DNA from: Eledone cirrhosa | Taxonomy: Eukaryota | Direction: 5' to 3' | Assembly: GCA_964016885.1 (NCBI GenBank) | Contig: OZ024744.1 | Coordinates: forward strand, 43,524,001-43,588,000 | DNA: 64,000 nucleotides | Part shown: positions 11,376 to 23,186 of the stretch, in pieces | How positions within the stretch are numbered: the first letter of the stretch is position 1 | How the letters are laid out: each line of letters starts with the position of its first letter | Translations under genes and position numbers: made by a program | The notes under the pieces: generated by a model | The model's database searches: none | The model's input: the letters and a program-made list of their open reading frames with translations, nothing else | Told to the model about the DNA's origin: nothing

Positions 11376-11796
11376 GGAAGGACATTGTGACACGGGAGAG
11401 TGTATGATATCTTTGCAGTGGAGTGGTGGAGGCAGGTATACCTAGCCGGGCGCCAGCCGGACGGGCGTCCTAGTATATTATATTTGTTCGTGTTTTCGTG
11501 CTGTAAGCATTATATTAAATGAGTTTTAAAAATAAGAGTTAATAAATAAATAAAACGTTATATTTCTTTTACCCTCCCATTTACAATTCACTGAACGCTG
11601 CTATCTTGACTGTATGACTGTATGTGTGTGTTTGTGTAAATGTATATGTGTGAATGTGTGTTTGTGTAAATGTATATGTGTGAATGTATGTATGTGTTTG
11701 TGTGAAAGTATATGTTTGAAAGTATGTGTATCTGTGCGAATGTATGTTCGTGAGCATGTATTTTTTAAAGTTTGTGTTTGTGCGATGATAGTTATA

Positions 11797-12644
11797 TCTA
11801 TATATTAATTTCAACAATGTCAGTATTCCGTTTGTCATAATTCTCGATTATCATTGGTTCATAAGTTTCAAACGACTCCGCCCACCTCACCGATGCTAAA
11901 CTTAAATTAATATGCATAATGCCAATGAGGGAGTGAGAGGGGAGAGTAAGAAACAGAGAGGCAAAGTGAACGCTGTAACTTTTACCATGTGTGCGTGTGT
12001 ATGTACGTGCGCGTATGTTTATGTGTGTGTGCGTGCGTACAGAAAGTAAAAGCAATTCGACTTTATCAAACAGTGAACTACAGCGGCGTCGGCGTGCAGC
12101 CAGGAATGAAGAAAAACGGGCCGAACAGCGCCATCGGAACGTCGAACTTCAGAGTCGAAGACGTGCCGCCATGGATGATGAGGAGCTGGCTGAACAACGC
12201 CAACGAAACACTAGAGCCAAGCAGCGACGGCGTGCTGCGATGGTTGAAGATGAATTGGCTGAGCATCATCTTTTATATTAATTATCTATATCTATATCTA
12301 CATATAATATAAAAGATTGGAACTTCCATAATCCTTTTGAGAAACGTGGAACAAACACGTCTATGCAATGATACACGTTTTACAGTCAGGCAGAAGATGA
12401 ACCATCTCCTAGAGGTCACTATTCTAGGTGGTAGCACCTAGAATTGTTCATATACTATGCACAAGCGGTACAACGAAGAATCTGGTATATCTGGAAGATT
12501 TTTAAAAACTGTTTCCTGTACCACACAGACACCACGGATTCGCCTAATACTGTAACAAGACAAACATCCAATACAGTCATTTTCTCTTTTACCTGTCTTC
12601 TCTTATCATCTGTTTACCCGGGCGAAGCTGGGTACGTCAGCTAG
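11797..12644 (+). mobile_element. Composite non-autonomous Helitron (two 5' ends, one 3' end)
   Basis: A|TCTATATA at 11797 and A|TCTATATC at about 12285; hairpin CCCGGGCGAAGCTGGG then CTAG|T at 12641-12645. Confidence 0.6.
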
Positions 12645-13106
12645 TAATCATAATAGTTATATACTCATACATACAGATGTATGTATGTGCACATACACAT
12701 AGATACGCGTCAGCGTGTAGAAAATCATAATCACTCTATCTGTATCTCTCTCATCACAAACTCTCTCTTTCTATATATATATGGTAGTTGGAGTGATGGT
12801 GGTGGTGGCGGCTATATACTGGAAGTGTAGAAATTTGAAACTTTGAAAAGAAGTCAATTTTAAATAAACAATAAAATTATTTATATTAAATTTAATTTAG
12901 TACATAACTTATGTAATATTCATTCATTATTTATTGAAAGTAATCCAACTTATTTTGCTAACTGGATTAAAAGAAATAAACTGTACGCAGTCCCGCACTC
13001 CTTATTTTATTATAGTTTATATACACACACACAGGCACACACACACCTATCTATCTATCCATCTATATATATATATGAGAGCGAGAGAGAGAGAGGGTGA
13101 AAGAGG

Positions 13107-13189
<83 letters not shown>

Positions 13190-13191
<2 letters not shown>

Positions 13192-14011
13192 GATAGCAAT
13201 AAATCGTGGGAGTATTGATTTTTAGACCTAGAAAAGGCATATAAATGTGTTTCTCGGGATCTCGTGGAAAGTTCTGCAGTAGAATGGGATCGATGATCAG
13301 CTTCTTTTTGTCCTGATGTCTCTATACGAATGCCAGAGTATTTGTGTTCGGATAAATGGTGTTAAATTGAAATCATTCAATGTGATAGTCGGACTCTGCT
13401 AAGAGTGCGTATTGTCACCTCCTCTCTTCGTTATGACCAAGTTTGACATGCGTAGCCGGGTTAGAAGTGGTATCATGACTGGCGGGTGTAAAATCAGTCG
13501 GTTGGAATTTGCAGACGACATATTGTTACTTAACTCGACAGAAGTCGATCTCCGACATGCACTTGATGGTTTGCTGCCGCGTGCTGCATGGCTTGAATAA
13601 AAATCAGTGCTCCGAAAACTGAGACACCCGTCCTCTCAAGAAAGCCAACATAGTGCACTCTACGTGTGAATGGTTTCCCACTGAAGCAGGTAGAGAGGTT
13701 CTAGTATCTCGGGACCGTGTTCACAAGTGGTTAAAGACAGGAAGCTGGATTAAGTACAAGAATTCTCCGAATTGAGAGATCACAGCTCTGATACAATGGA
13801 CATGTGGTTAGAATGTCTCAGGAAAAAATCGATGGACATATTTTACGGGCAAAACCAATCGACAGAGACCCAAGAGTAGACCTCGAGTAAAATGTTTGGA
13901 TAACATCCATAAGTTTGGTTCGTTTCAAGGATTCAGCCGGAGAGGAGACAGTTGCATCTGGCAGGACACGGTGGAAGGTGTAAATGAGGACTCTGACCCC
14001 ACGACCCTCTC
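13190..14011 (+). pseudogene. RTE-clade (Expander-like) LINE, 5'-truncated, followed by (GAA)n(AAT)n
   Basis: DLEKAY, CVLSPPLF, LEFADDILLL and KQVERF*YLGTVFTS RT motifs. Confidence 0.85.
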
Positions 14012-14092
14012 AAGAAGAAGAAGAAGAAGAAGAAGAAGAAGAAGAAGAAGAAGAAGAAGAAGAAGAAGAAGAAGAAGAAGAAGAAGAAGAAT

Positions 14093-14127
<35 letters not shown>
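14012..14127. repeat. (GAA)n followed by (AAT)n microsatellite
   Basis: Seen directly. Confidence 0.98.
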
Positions 14128-14128
<1 letters not shown>

Positions 14129-14505
14129 TATCATGATACACCTAAAGTTCAACTCAGCACAATTTTTGAATAAGATCTAAATTGAGGTGATATAATTATT
14201 GTATTTGTAGAAATAATGACTTGCTGAGTATATAGTTTATTTACACTATCTTCTATTATGTTTAAAAGTCATTACTATTACTATATTGCTGTGGTACATT
14301 GTGTTTCTGGGACAAATATTTTCTTTATTCCTCATTTTGTTATAGATATTATCTTGTCTTTCCACCGTTTTCACGTTGACACACTCTCATCGTTTACACG
14401 TTTACTGTGCAAAGTTATAATTGATCGAAATATGGCTACTACATCAATGTTTAAGTCAACAGCGGTGAGATTTGAACTGGAAACAGAATAACAAATCTAT
14501 ATAAT

Positions 14506-14690
14506 TGTTTCTACTTTAGGCACAAGGCCAGCAATTACCCAGTACATTACTGATACTTTATTTTAACGACCGCGTAAGGATGAAAGACAAAGTTAACCTC
14601 GGCGGGATTTGAACTCAAACCGTAAAGGGACGTAACTATGCTGGAAAGCATGGCGTCCGACCCTCTACCGATACTGCCAATTCACCGCCC
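14506..14690 (-). mobile_element. Full-length tRNA-derived SINE with 13-bp TSD
   Basis: Starts GGGCGGTGAATTGGCAGTATCGG (A box), B box GAGTTCAAATCC; AAATCTATATAAT at 14493-14505 and 14696-14708. Confidence 0.92.
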
Positions 14691-15739
14691 TATATAAATC
14701 TATATAATGCAAAGTCTTAAGTCATGCTCTTTACCATTTTCTACTATGTTGCTGCACTTTGGCTATGTATATGATAGTTGTGACATGTTAAATTACCCAC
14801 CACCACCACCACTACAACTTCCACCACCACCACTACAACCTCCACCACCACCACTACAACCTCAACCACCATAAAGTAACAAGTTTGTAAGATATAAGAT
14901 TAAATCAACATTAGTATATAACTGGTATTAATTTTATTGAACTAAACTTCAAACACTTCAGTGGGGTAAAATAGAGAAATCAATCGATAAAAATAAAATA
15001 AATGCATGAATAAAATGAGAAGAAAGAAATCATAATTTACTGATTAAAGGAGTTAAAATTTCAAAATAATCAAAGCTCAAAATGTTTTAATTAATTGATA
15101 CAATGACTTCGTATTCATTTCTTTTAAAACTAATATATCACCTTCTGTTTGCCATTCTTCTGTGATTTATTTTTCTGTTACAGGTCTATTTCATTTCTTC
15201 TCATTGACCTCCACATGTTCTAATTGAAAAGGACGTAGATGATTAATGAGTCTGCTACCCGAAAGGTTCCTGAAATTATATATTAGTTAATTAATACTTA
15301 ACATCCTGTAAACATTTAGCAGAAATTGTCTGAAAGAAAATGTTTTACTTCAAGTATTTATAGTATTTTTACTCGTGGATAGATTGTTGTGAAGATTTGT
15401 GGTAAATTAAAGTAAATATTTTAAATTTTAAAACGATGCAGTAATAATATTGTTTTGTATCTTTCAAGAATATTTTACTAGTGTAGTTTGATACAGTGAT
15501 GTTGGGAAGGAGTATATCAAATAAATCGCACCCCAGTATTTGACTGGTACTATAATTTAGATGAAAGATAAAATTGATATATATGGGATGTTAATTCAGA
15601 ACAGAAAGAGGCGGAGTAGATATCACATAGCAAATTTTTCAAAATATTCTCTCTCCTTTTTTTTTTGACGTTCAACTAAATTTTGCTTTCCGAAACTACG
15701 GCTATTTTCATATGTATGTATTGATATGTTATATTCAAT

Positions 15740-15985
15740 AATTTCGGCGCAAATCCTGCGGACCTTTTTACAGCTGTTATCTTCATTAAGCATCACCTGC
15801 CCATGTCAATGCAGTCTTCTTTCTTGCAGGCCATATCTAGTATTCCTCTCGGATCGCTTATGCCACGTTGTTCATGCATATTAACATTATTTCCATCGGG
15901 GCATGCTCGCATCATATCTTTCTAGAACTCACAGGTCTTTCGCAGACAAGACCCATGTCCCACTGCCATGTAGCATTGCAGTCTA
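15740..15985 (-). pseudogene. Old RTE-like LINE fragment
   Basis: RRLH*HGQVMLNEDNSCKK resembles the RTE RLRWxGHVxR motif. Confidence 0.45.
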
Positions 15986-16050
15986 CCATTTAATTTGAGT
16001 GATAAGACAATTATTGTCAACAAATGTTCTAAACCTCTTCCGACCTCTTC

Positions 16051-16051
<1 letters not shown>

Positions 16052-16142
<91 letters not shown>
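16052..16142. repeat. (AAT)n tract at the 3' end of Tx1 copy A
   Basis: Seen directly. Confidence 0.99.
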
Positions 16143-16144
<2 letters not shown>

Positions 16145-16715
16145 TTTCTTTATTAACCAAAAGGGTTTACATAAAGTAGACATTAAGGACAGTGCAGGAC
16201 AATGCAGGACGGTACAAATGGGCATTTCTGCGTGTAAAAAACCAAAACAGAGGATGTAACAAAAAATAACAATGAAAATAACAATGAAAAATTCCCCAAT
16301 AGGGGGGAGACTTCGGAGGGACATTTGTGGAGAAAGCCCAGTAAAAAGCCACAATGACCCTGACCACCAAGGCAAGTGCCCTCTCCCAGTTTTCCACCTT
16401 TAATTTACAGATATATACTCAGAGTAGGCCCATTCACTCGGGCCATTCTTGCTTCTCTCACCCATCTTTCAACAAAATGCTGGGAAGAGAGCACTTCCCT
16501 CTCTACTCTGATTTTCCTTTTCAAATGAAATTTGAAAAAGTCAATCAGAGCATCACCGAAGAGGTAAGTGCTCGTCTTCAGTCCTTTCAAACGTGTCCAC
16601 CATACTATCTCTTTCGCCATGGCCACCAGACAGATAAAAACTGCCTGCCCTTCCCGGCTAAAGGAGGAGGGCGGGGCAATCCTCACGATGGACTCAGATG
16701 ATAGCTGGATCCGTC

Positions 16716-18196
16716 CTAAACGTCTCCAGTTTGTGCAGTAATGGCTCGAGAGTCAATACGTACAAGAGGGACGAGAGGGGACATCCTTGGCGGACCGAGC
16801 GCATGATGTTGAACGGTTCCGACAGGTGACCGTTCACTCTCACCACAGAGCAGATGTCGCTGTGCATGGCAGCGATCCAGCCTCTGAAGACGGGCCCAAA
16901 GCCAGCCGCCCTCAGGACTGCCGCTAGGCAACGATGGTCGACCCTATCGAAAGCTTTCGACTGATCTAAATTGATCAAGGACCCACCCGTGCCAGGTTCC
17001 CTAGCTACCCTCACTACGATGTATCGCATGAGGTGGAGGTTGTCGTGGATGGATCTGTCGGGAATGGCGCATGTCTGCGCCTCTCCCACCAGACCACCAA
17101 CGACAAGCGCCAACCTCTTTGCTAGCACCTTGGCCAAAATCTTAAACTCTGTGTTTAGCAGAGTTATGGGCCGGACATTTTCTATGTTATCCCCCTTGTT
17201 CGGATCCTTTCTCAGCAGTGCCACCGCTCCTCGGCTCACAGAACTGGGAATTCTCCCGTTCTGTTGCCAGTTGCAGTAGACGTCCGCCAAGAGGCCTCCG
17301 AACAAGTCTGGCATCTGTACGTAAAGTTCATAGGGCAGACCATCCAAACCAGGCGATTTACCCCTTGTGCAGCCAGTCATTGCCTCCCTTACTTCAGCGG
17401 CTGTTATCGGCTTTTCGCAACACTTCGCCTCAGTGGCCGAGAGCCGCGGCAGTCCGTCGAAGTAGACACTAAAGTCCATCCCTCTACCCGGCCCACCGCT
17501 GCCCCCGAACAGCTGAGCGAAGTGTCGCTGAAAAGCTTCACACATTTGCCCGGGATCGAGTAGCATGCGCCCGTCGTGGTCCACCAAAGACCGGATCGTG
17601 GCTTTGTTGCCACGACGCGCCTCCGCCACTCGGGCCCATTGAACGGCTTTCGTCCCCTCGTGTCTGAGAGCACGCATCCTAGCTCTGACAACGCAGCCTT
17701 CGTGCTTTGCATTGAAGAATTGGTCAAGGGCCAATTTCGCCGCAAGCACGTCGGTCGCGATGCCTTTGCTAAGCGCCTCATTTAATTTTTTAACTAGTTC
17801 TCCCTCTGCTCTATTTTTCTCTATTGCTAAAGTCTTACTAAACCTAATGGACTCTATTCTAATTGTTCTTTTCAGAGCAAACCACCACTTGTTGTTGACG
17901 ATGGCCCCCGTCAGCGCCCGCTTAACTAGTTCGCTAATCCGGTCTCTGTAGGCCTTGCTCGCTGGTAAGGACGCGTTTAGCTTCCAGTAGCCGGGTCCTC
18001 GCCTATGAAGCCTATCTAAGTCAAGCACACAGATCACGAATTTGTGGTCCGTGTAGCTGACTATCTTGAATTGTGGACAGCCTATGCTAGACTTATCTAT
18101 TTCCCTACAAAATACTCTATCTAGATATGATCTGGATGACCCTATGCCATTTGTCCAAGTCCACATTGGTACATTCGGGAAATCCATTCAGTACCA
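16716..18196 (-). pseudogene. Second EN-linker-RT segment of Tx1 ORF2 within copy A
   Basis: 497-aa open frame with SYLDRVF, TDHK, WKLN, KSPGLDGLP, RPITLLN, DQSKAFDRVDH and RQGCPLS; duplicates about 18794-20270. Confidence 0.92.
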
Positions 18197-20795
18197 TCAG
18201 AGATGTCGTAGCCTGAGCGCGTGTCTGCGCATCATCAGCCACGGCATTCCCAGCCCTCCACGTAGCGGGTGTTGACAGCAGATGGACCGCCTGACCATCG
18301 GAGCGCGTCCCTTCCACAAGAAGCGAAAGAGCAAACGCTCCAGCGCAGTCAGGCGGGGCTTAGGACAAGGTACGACGGTCAGGCGGTAGTAGATGACGGA
18401 TGCGATGTACGCATTCGCCACCTCCGCTCGACCTTTCAGGGATAGCTTCCTCTCGGCCCATTTCTGGGTGAGAGAAGCCACCCTGCTCGTCACCTCGTCC
18501 CAGTTTTTGTCCGTCTGGAGGTCTGGACCGAACCAGACCCCTAACAATTTAACCGGTCCGTCCGTCCAGCGCCCGACGACTCTGTTGGACGGCATGGACC
18601 TGCCTCTCCAGGTGCCGAGCTGCAGGCCCACTGACTTTTCCTGGTTGATCATTGCTCCTGTCACCGCTTCGTATTCTCTTAGTGTAGTGCCGATCGCCTC
18701 GATGTGTTTGGCGTTCGACACCACTACGGTGACATCGTCGGCATATGCTGACACGGATCTTCCGCACCCTAGTTCGCGCGGGACCCCCCTCAACGTCTCC
18801 AGTTTGTGCAGTAATGGCTCGAGAGTCAATACGTACAATAGGGACAAGAGGGGACATCCTTGGCGGACCGAGCGCATGATGTTGAACGGTTCCGAAAGGT
18901 GACCGTTCACTCTCACTACAGAGCAGATGTCGCTGTGCATGACAGCGATCCAGCCTCTGAAGACGGGCCCAAAGCCAGCCGCCCTCAGGACTGCCGCTAG
19001 GTAACGATGGTCGACCCTATCGAAGACTTTCGACTGATCTAAATTGATCAAAGACCCACCCGTGCCAGGTTCCCTAGCTACCCTCTCTACGATGTATCGC
19101 ATGAGGTGGAGGTTGTCGTGGATGGATCTGTCGGGAATAGCGCATATCTGTTCCTCTCCCACCAGACCACCAACGACAAGCGCCAACCTCTTTGGTAGCA
19201 CCTTGGCCAAAATCTTGAACTCTGTGTTTAGCAGAGTTATGGGCCTAAAATTATCTATGTTATCCCCCTTGTTCGGATCCTTTCTCAGCAGCGCCACCGT
19301 TCCTCGGCTCACAGAGCTGGGAATTCTCCCGTTCTGTTGCCAGTAGCAGTAGACGTCCGCCAAGAGGCCTCCGAACAAGTTTGGCATTTGTACGTAAAGT
19401 TCATAGGGCAGACCATCCAAACCAGGCGATTTACCCCTTGTGCACTAGTCATTGCATCCCGTACTTCAGCGGTTGTTATCGGCTTTTCGCAACACTCCGC
19501 CTCAGTGGCCGAAAGCCGTGGCAGTCCGTCGAGGTAGACACTAAAGTCCATCCCTCGATCCGGCCCGCTACTGCCCCCGAACAGTTGAGCGAAGTGTCGC
19601 TGAAAAGCTTCATACATTTGCCCGGGATCGAGTAGCATGCGCCCGTCGTGGTGCACCAAAGACCGGATCGTCGCTTTGTTGCCACGATGCCCCTCCGCCA
19701 CTCGGGCCCATTGAACGGCTTTCTTCCCCTCGTGTATGAGAGCACGCACCCTAGCTCTGACAACGCAGCCTTCGTGCTTTGCATTGAAGAATTGGTCAAG
19801 GGCCAATTTCGCCGCAAGTACGTCGGTCGCGATGCCTTTGCTAAGCGCCTCATCTAATTTTCTAACTAATTCTCCCTCTGCTCTATTTTTCTCTATTGCT
19901 AAAGTCTTACTAAACCTAATGGACTCTATTCTAATTGCTCTTTTCAGAGCAAACCACCACTTGTTGTTGACGATGGCCCCCGTCAACGCCCGCTTAACTA
20001 GTTCGCTAATCCGGTCTCTGTAGGCCTTGCGCGCTGGTAAGGACGCGTTTAGCTTCCAGTAGCCGGGTCCTTGTCTATGAAGCCTATCTAACTCAAGCAC
20101 ACAGATCACGAATTTGTGGTCCGTGTAGCTGACTATCTTGAATTGTGGACAGCCTATGCTAGACCTATCTATTTCCCTATAAAATACTCTATCTAGATAT
20201 GAACTGGATGACCCTATGCGATTTGTCCAAGTCCACATTGGTAAATTCGGGAAATCGATTCGGTACCTGTCAGACAGTTCAAAACGTCTGAGCAGGTTGG
20301 TGAGACTCTTGCACTTTCCTCCCTATCCACTAATCCCACACAATCCCAGCGTGCATCTAAGATCCCGTTCCAGACGCCCACTAACACTAAAGAGCGGGAC
20401 GTTCCAAGAAAGGTCTCCAGACTCCGGAAGAAATCAGGCCGCCCTGCTCCTGTCGGGGCATAGACGGCCACTAACCTGAAAGCTTGCCCGTCTCCGCTGG
20501 TCACGTCCAGCACCACCAACTTACCTTCTGGGTCCAGGAAGATGGCCCGTATGGCAAGATCCAAACCTCTCCGAAAAAGCACAGCAACTCCTCCCCCCGA
20601 TCCCGGACGGCTGGGAGATGCGTACACATCGTAGCCGCCGAAGATCGGTGCGAAAGCCTGTGCTTCGGAGATCCTGGTCTCGCTGATGGCCACTACATCT
20701 ATGTTTAGTGACCTGAGGTCGTTGAGCAGGTGGCCCTGCTTCCATGACGACCCCAATCCACGTGCATTTATGCTGCCTATTCTGAGTGAGGTCAT
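18197..20795 (-). pseudogene. Tx1 ORF2 (APE endonuclease plus reverse transcriptase), frameshifted
   Basis: SINARG, ISET, AVYAP, YLDR, TDH, RQGCPL, AYADD, LGVWFG and GGLGMP motifs across three frames. Confidence 0.95.
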
Positions 20796-20829
20796 GTTGA
20801 AAAGGAGTGGAAAAGATGGGAAAGACCAC

Positions 20830-22747
20830 TTACCTTACTTCTCGTAGGGGAAGGACGGTTTTTCCATCCTTTTCACTGCTTGTGGCCTCCTCAGGAAGCA
20901 TGTCCTTATAAATCCTCCTGGAGAGTGCTTGTCGGAAGTCTCCGATGTCTTTGGGGAATTTTTGTTTTAGTGTCATATACGTTTTCTGTGTGATGCGAGT
21001 GATTTGTATGTGTGGAGGTGGTGTGAATTTTAGGGTTGTTGTGTAGTCTTTTTCTGTGATGCTGGTGTTGTGTTGGATGTAGTGTAATAATTGCTTGTTG
21101 TTCAAATTTAATGCTGTGTAGTGTGTATCGTTTCGGTTGTTTTGTTTTGTTTGCGTTTGTTGTGGGTTTGTTTCTGTTTCGCATTTTGGTGACTTTTGTG
21201 GTGTAGGTGATGGTGGTTTTGGGGTTAATGATGGTGATGGTGTTGGTGTTTGGGTTGATAGGGTTGGTGATGCTGGTGTGGATGGTGGTATATCTGTCCT
21301 AACTTTTTTGTTTCTTAGTTTATTTGTTCCCCTCTGTATTTTGTTTTTGGAGGGGGAAGGAAGAGAATTTTTTCTTTTTTGGTTTCTTTTCTTTTTCCGG
21401 ATATCGTTTCCCACTCCTCGTCGTCACAATCTGTCTCCAGTTGTGATAGGCCGGGGAGTGGAAAATCATCCACAGCCGTTAGTTTTGGTTGTGGCGTGGT
21501 GGATGGTGTAGGCGCTGGTGCTAGTTCTGAAGCGTTGGGTGGTGGTGGTGTTGGTTTTGCTGGTGGTGGTGGTGGTGTTGGTTTTGCTACTGTTGCTGGG
21601 GTTGTTGCTGTTATAGTTGCTTCTGTTGTTGCTGCTACAGTTGTTGCTGCCATCTCTGCTACTGGTGGTGTTGATGGTTGTGTCACTGGGGTGGGTAGGA
21701 GAGGTGGCCTCAACCTTTTAGCCTGAGGGCAGAAAGCCCTTAGGTGGGTTCCTTCACCACAAACGACACACCTAGGTCTTCTGCCCTCGACAACTACCGT
21801 GAGGTGGCTGCCGTCAGTGAGGTCTATTACCTCTGGGATCTCCTCAATGCTTTTTTGGTCCGCTTGGATCAGGAGCTCCATCCCAGATCCGGACCAGTTC
21901 TCCTGCTTTTCTTTTGCTATTGCTATTATTTTCGTGTTGGCTTCGATGCCGCCGAGGACGGCCGCTATTAGCCAGGGAATTTCGATGGCCGGTGGAACGT
22001 GGGTCACCCTGATCTTTACGAGACTCTGGCCACAATAGCTTGGGACGAGTGTGAAGTCGTCACTTTTTAATGGGGCCATGGAGTGTTCTCTAGCCTCCTC
22101 TGGTGTTTCAAAGAACACGTCCACGGTTCCATACTTTTGCCCACGTCTGATGTCGGTTTTTCTTGCCCACACATGTCCCAAAGCTTTTTGGATTTGGGAC
22201 TCGGATGCCCGTTCCACTCGGCGAGGCCGACCCTGTACCCATCTTTCTTTACCATTTGTTTGGCATTTTCTAAATCTTCATGAGTTACCGTAAATGCTTC
22301 GAATTGTTTTGCTACTCTGGCGAAACTGAGGGTGGGGGGGTGGTTTATAATGTCATTTTTGTTGTTGTTGCTTTCGTTAATATTAATTTTAGTTTCAGCT
22401 GTGGTGGTGGTGACGTCAGTCGTCTTTGGTGGGGAAGAGTCCATTTTGCTTGATTTCATTTCGACATCACGAGTTAGTTTATTTTTTTCTTCTTTTGTTT
22501 CTGTTGTCGCAGTGGTGGTGGGGGTGGTGGTTGTCGCGGTGGTGGTGGTGGTGGAGGCTTTAACACCTGCAGTCATTGGTAATGGCGGGAATTGAATGTC
22601 CGCCTGAGACAAATTTAAAATATTGCTACTGCTTATATTTTTTTTTGTGTTGGCAAACGTAGTAACATTTACAATGGTGGTGTCGGTGTGAGGTGTTAAT
22701 TTGTGAGGAAGGCTTTCAGCTGCTTGTTGCAGAGGTGAATTAGCCAT
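20830..22747 (-). pseudogene. Tx1 ORF1 (nucleic-acid-binding, CCHC knuckle), frameshifted
   Basis: Starts MANSPLQ; CVVCGEGTHLRAFC (CX2CX4HX4C); Pro/Thr-rich and basic tracts. Confidence 0.9.
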
Positions 22748-22981
22748 TTTTTTGAAAGAAATTTTTTGATAATAATAAAAGTTTAAATTTTGGGCACAAG
22801 GCCCCAATCTTTTTGGGTGTCCTTTTCGGAAAACAATGTATGTGCGCTTATAAACAGTTAACAATAACATTTTCCATAAATGACAATTTTTAACAAACGG
22901 AAATAACAAATCTTTGCGGAGCTCACGATGATACGATTTACTACGTAGGTCGCCAATAACAATAATAATAATAATAATAAT

Positions 22982-23161
22982 TGTTTCTACTATTGGCACA
23001 AGGCCAGACAAACGAGCCAGTACATTACTGGTAATTTATTTTATCGATCCCGTAAGGATGAAAGGCAAAGTTAACCTCGGCGGGATTTGAACTCAGAATG
23101 GCAAGGGCCGTAACTCTATGCGTCAAAGCATGGCGTCCGACCCTCTACCGATACTGCCAAT
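22982..23161 (-). mobile_element. tRNA-derived SINE lying in the (AAT)n tract between Tx1 copies A and B
   Basis: A and B boxes, core and tail as in other copies. Confidence 0.92.
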
Positions 23162-23186
23162 CCATAATAATAATAATAATAATAAT

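Larger units (their letters stand above)
16143..22954 (-). mobile_element. Tx1-clade LINE copy A (family 1): intact termini, internally rearranged
   Basis: 5' end GGCGACCTACGTAG matches copy E at 62119; ORF1, APE-RT ORF2 and 3' UTR present; (ATT)n on both sides. Confidence 0.95.

Noticed and set aside
14600-14690. tRNA gene
   Set aside because: The A and B boxes belong to the SINE head; no cloverleaf
15140-15275. Possible minus-strand host exon (TTTCAG..GAAG|GTGA)
   Set aside because: The best frame stops after about 25 codons, with no recognisable protein and no partner exons
15530-15610. Very degenerate SINE-like remnant
   Set aside because: Only CCCAGT..ACTGGTACT and GATGAAAG match; too decayed to delimit
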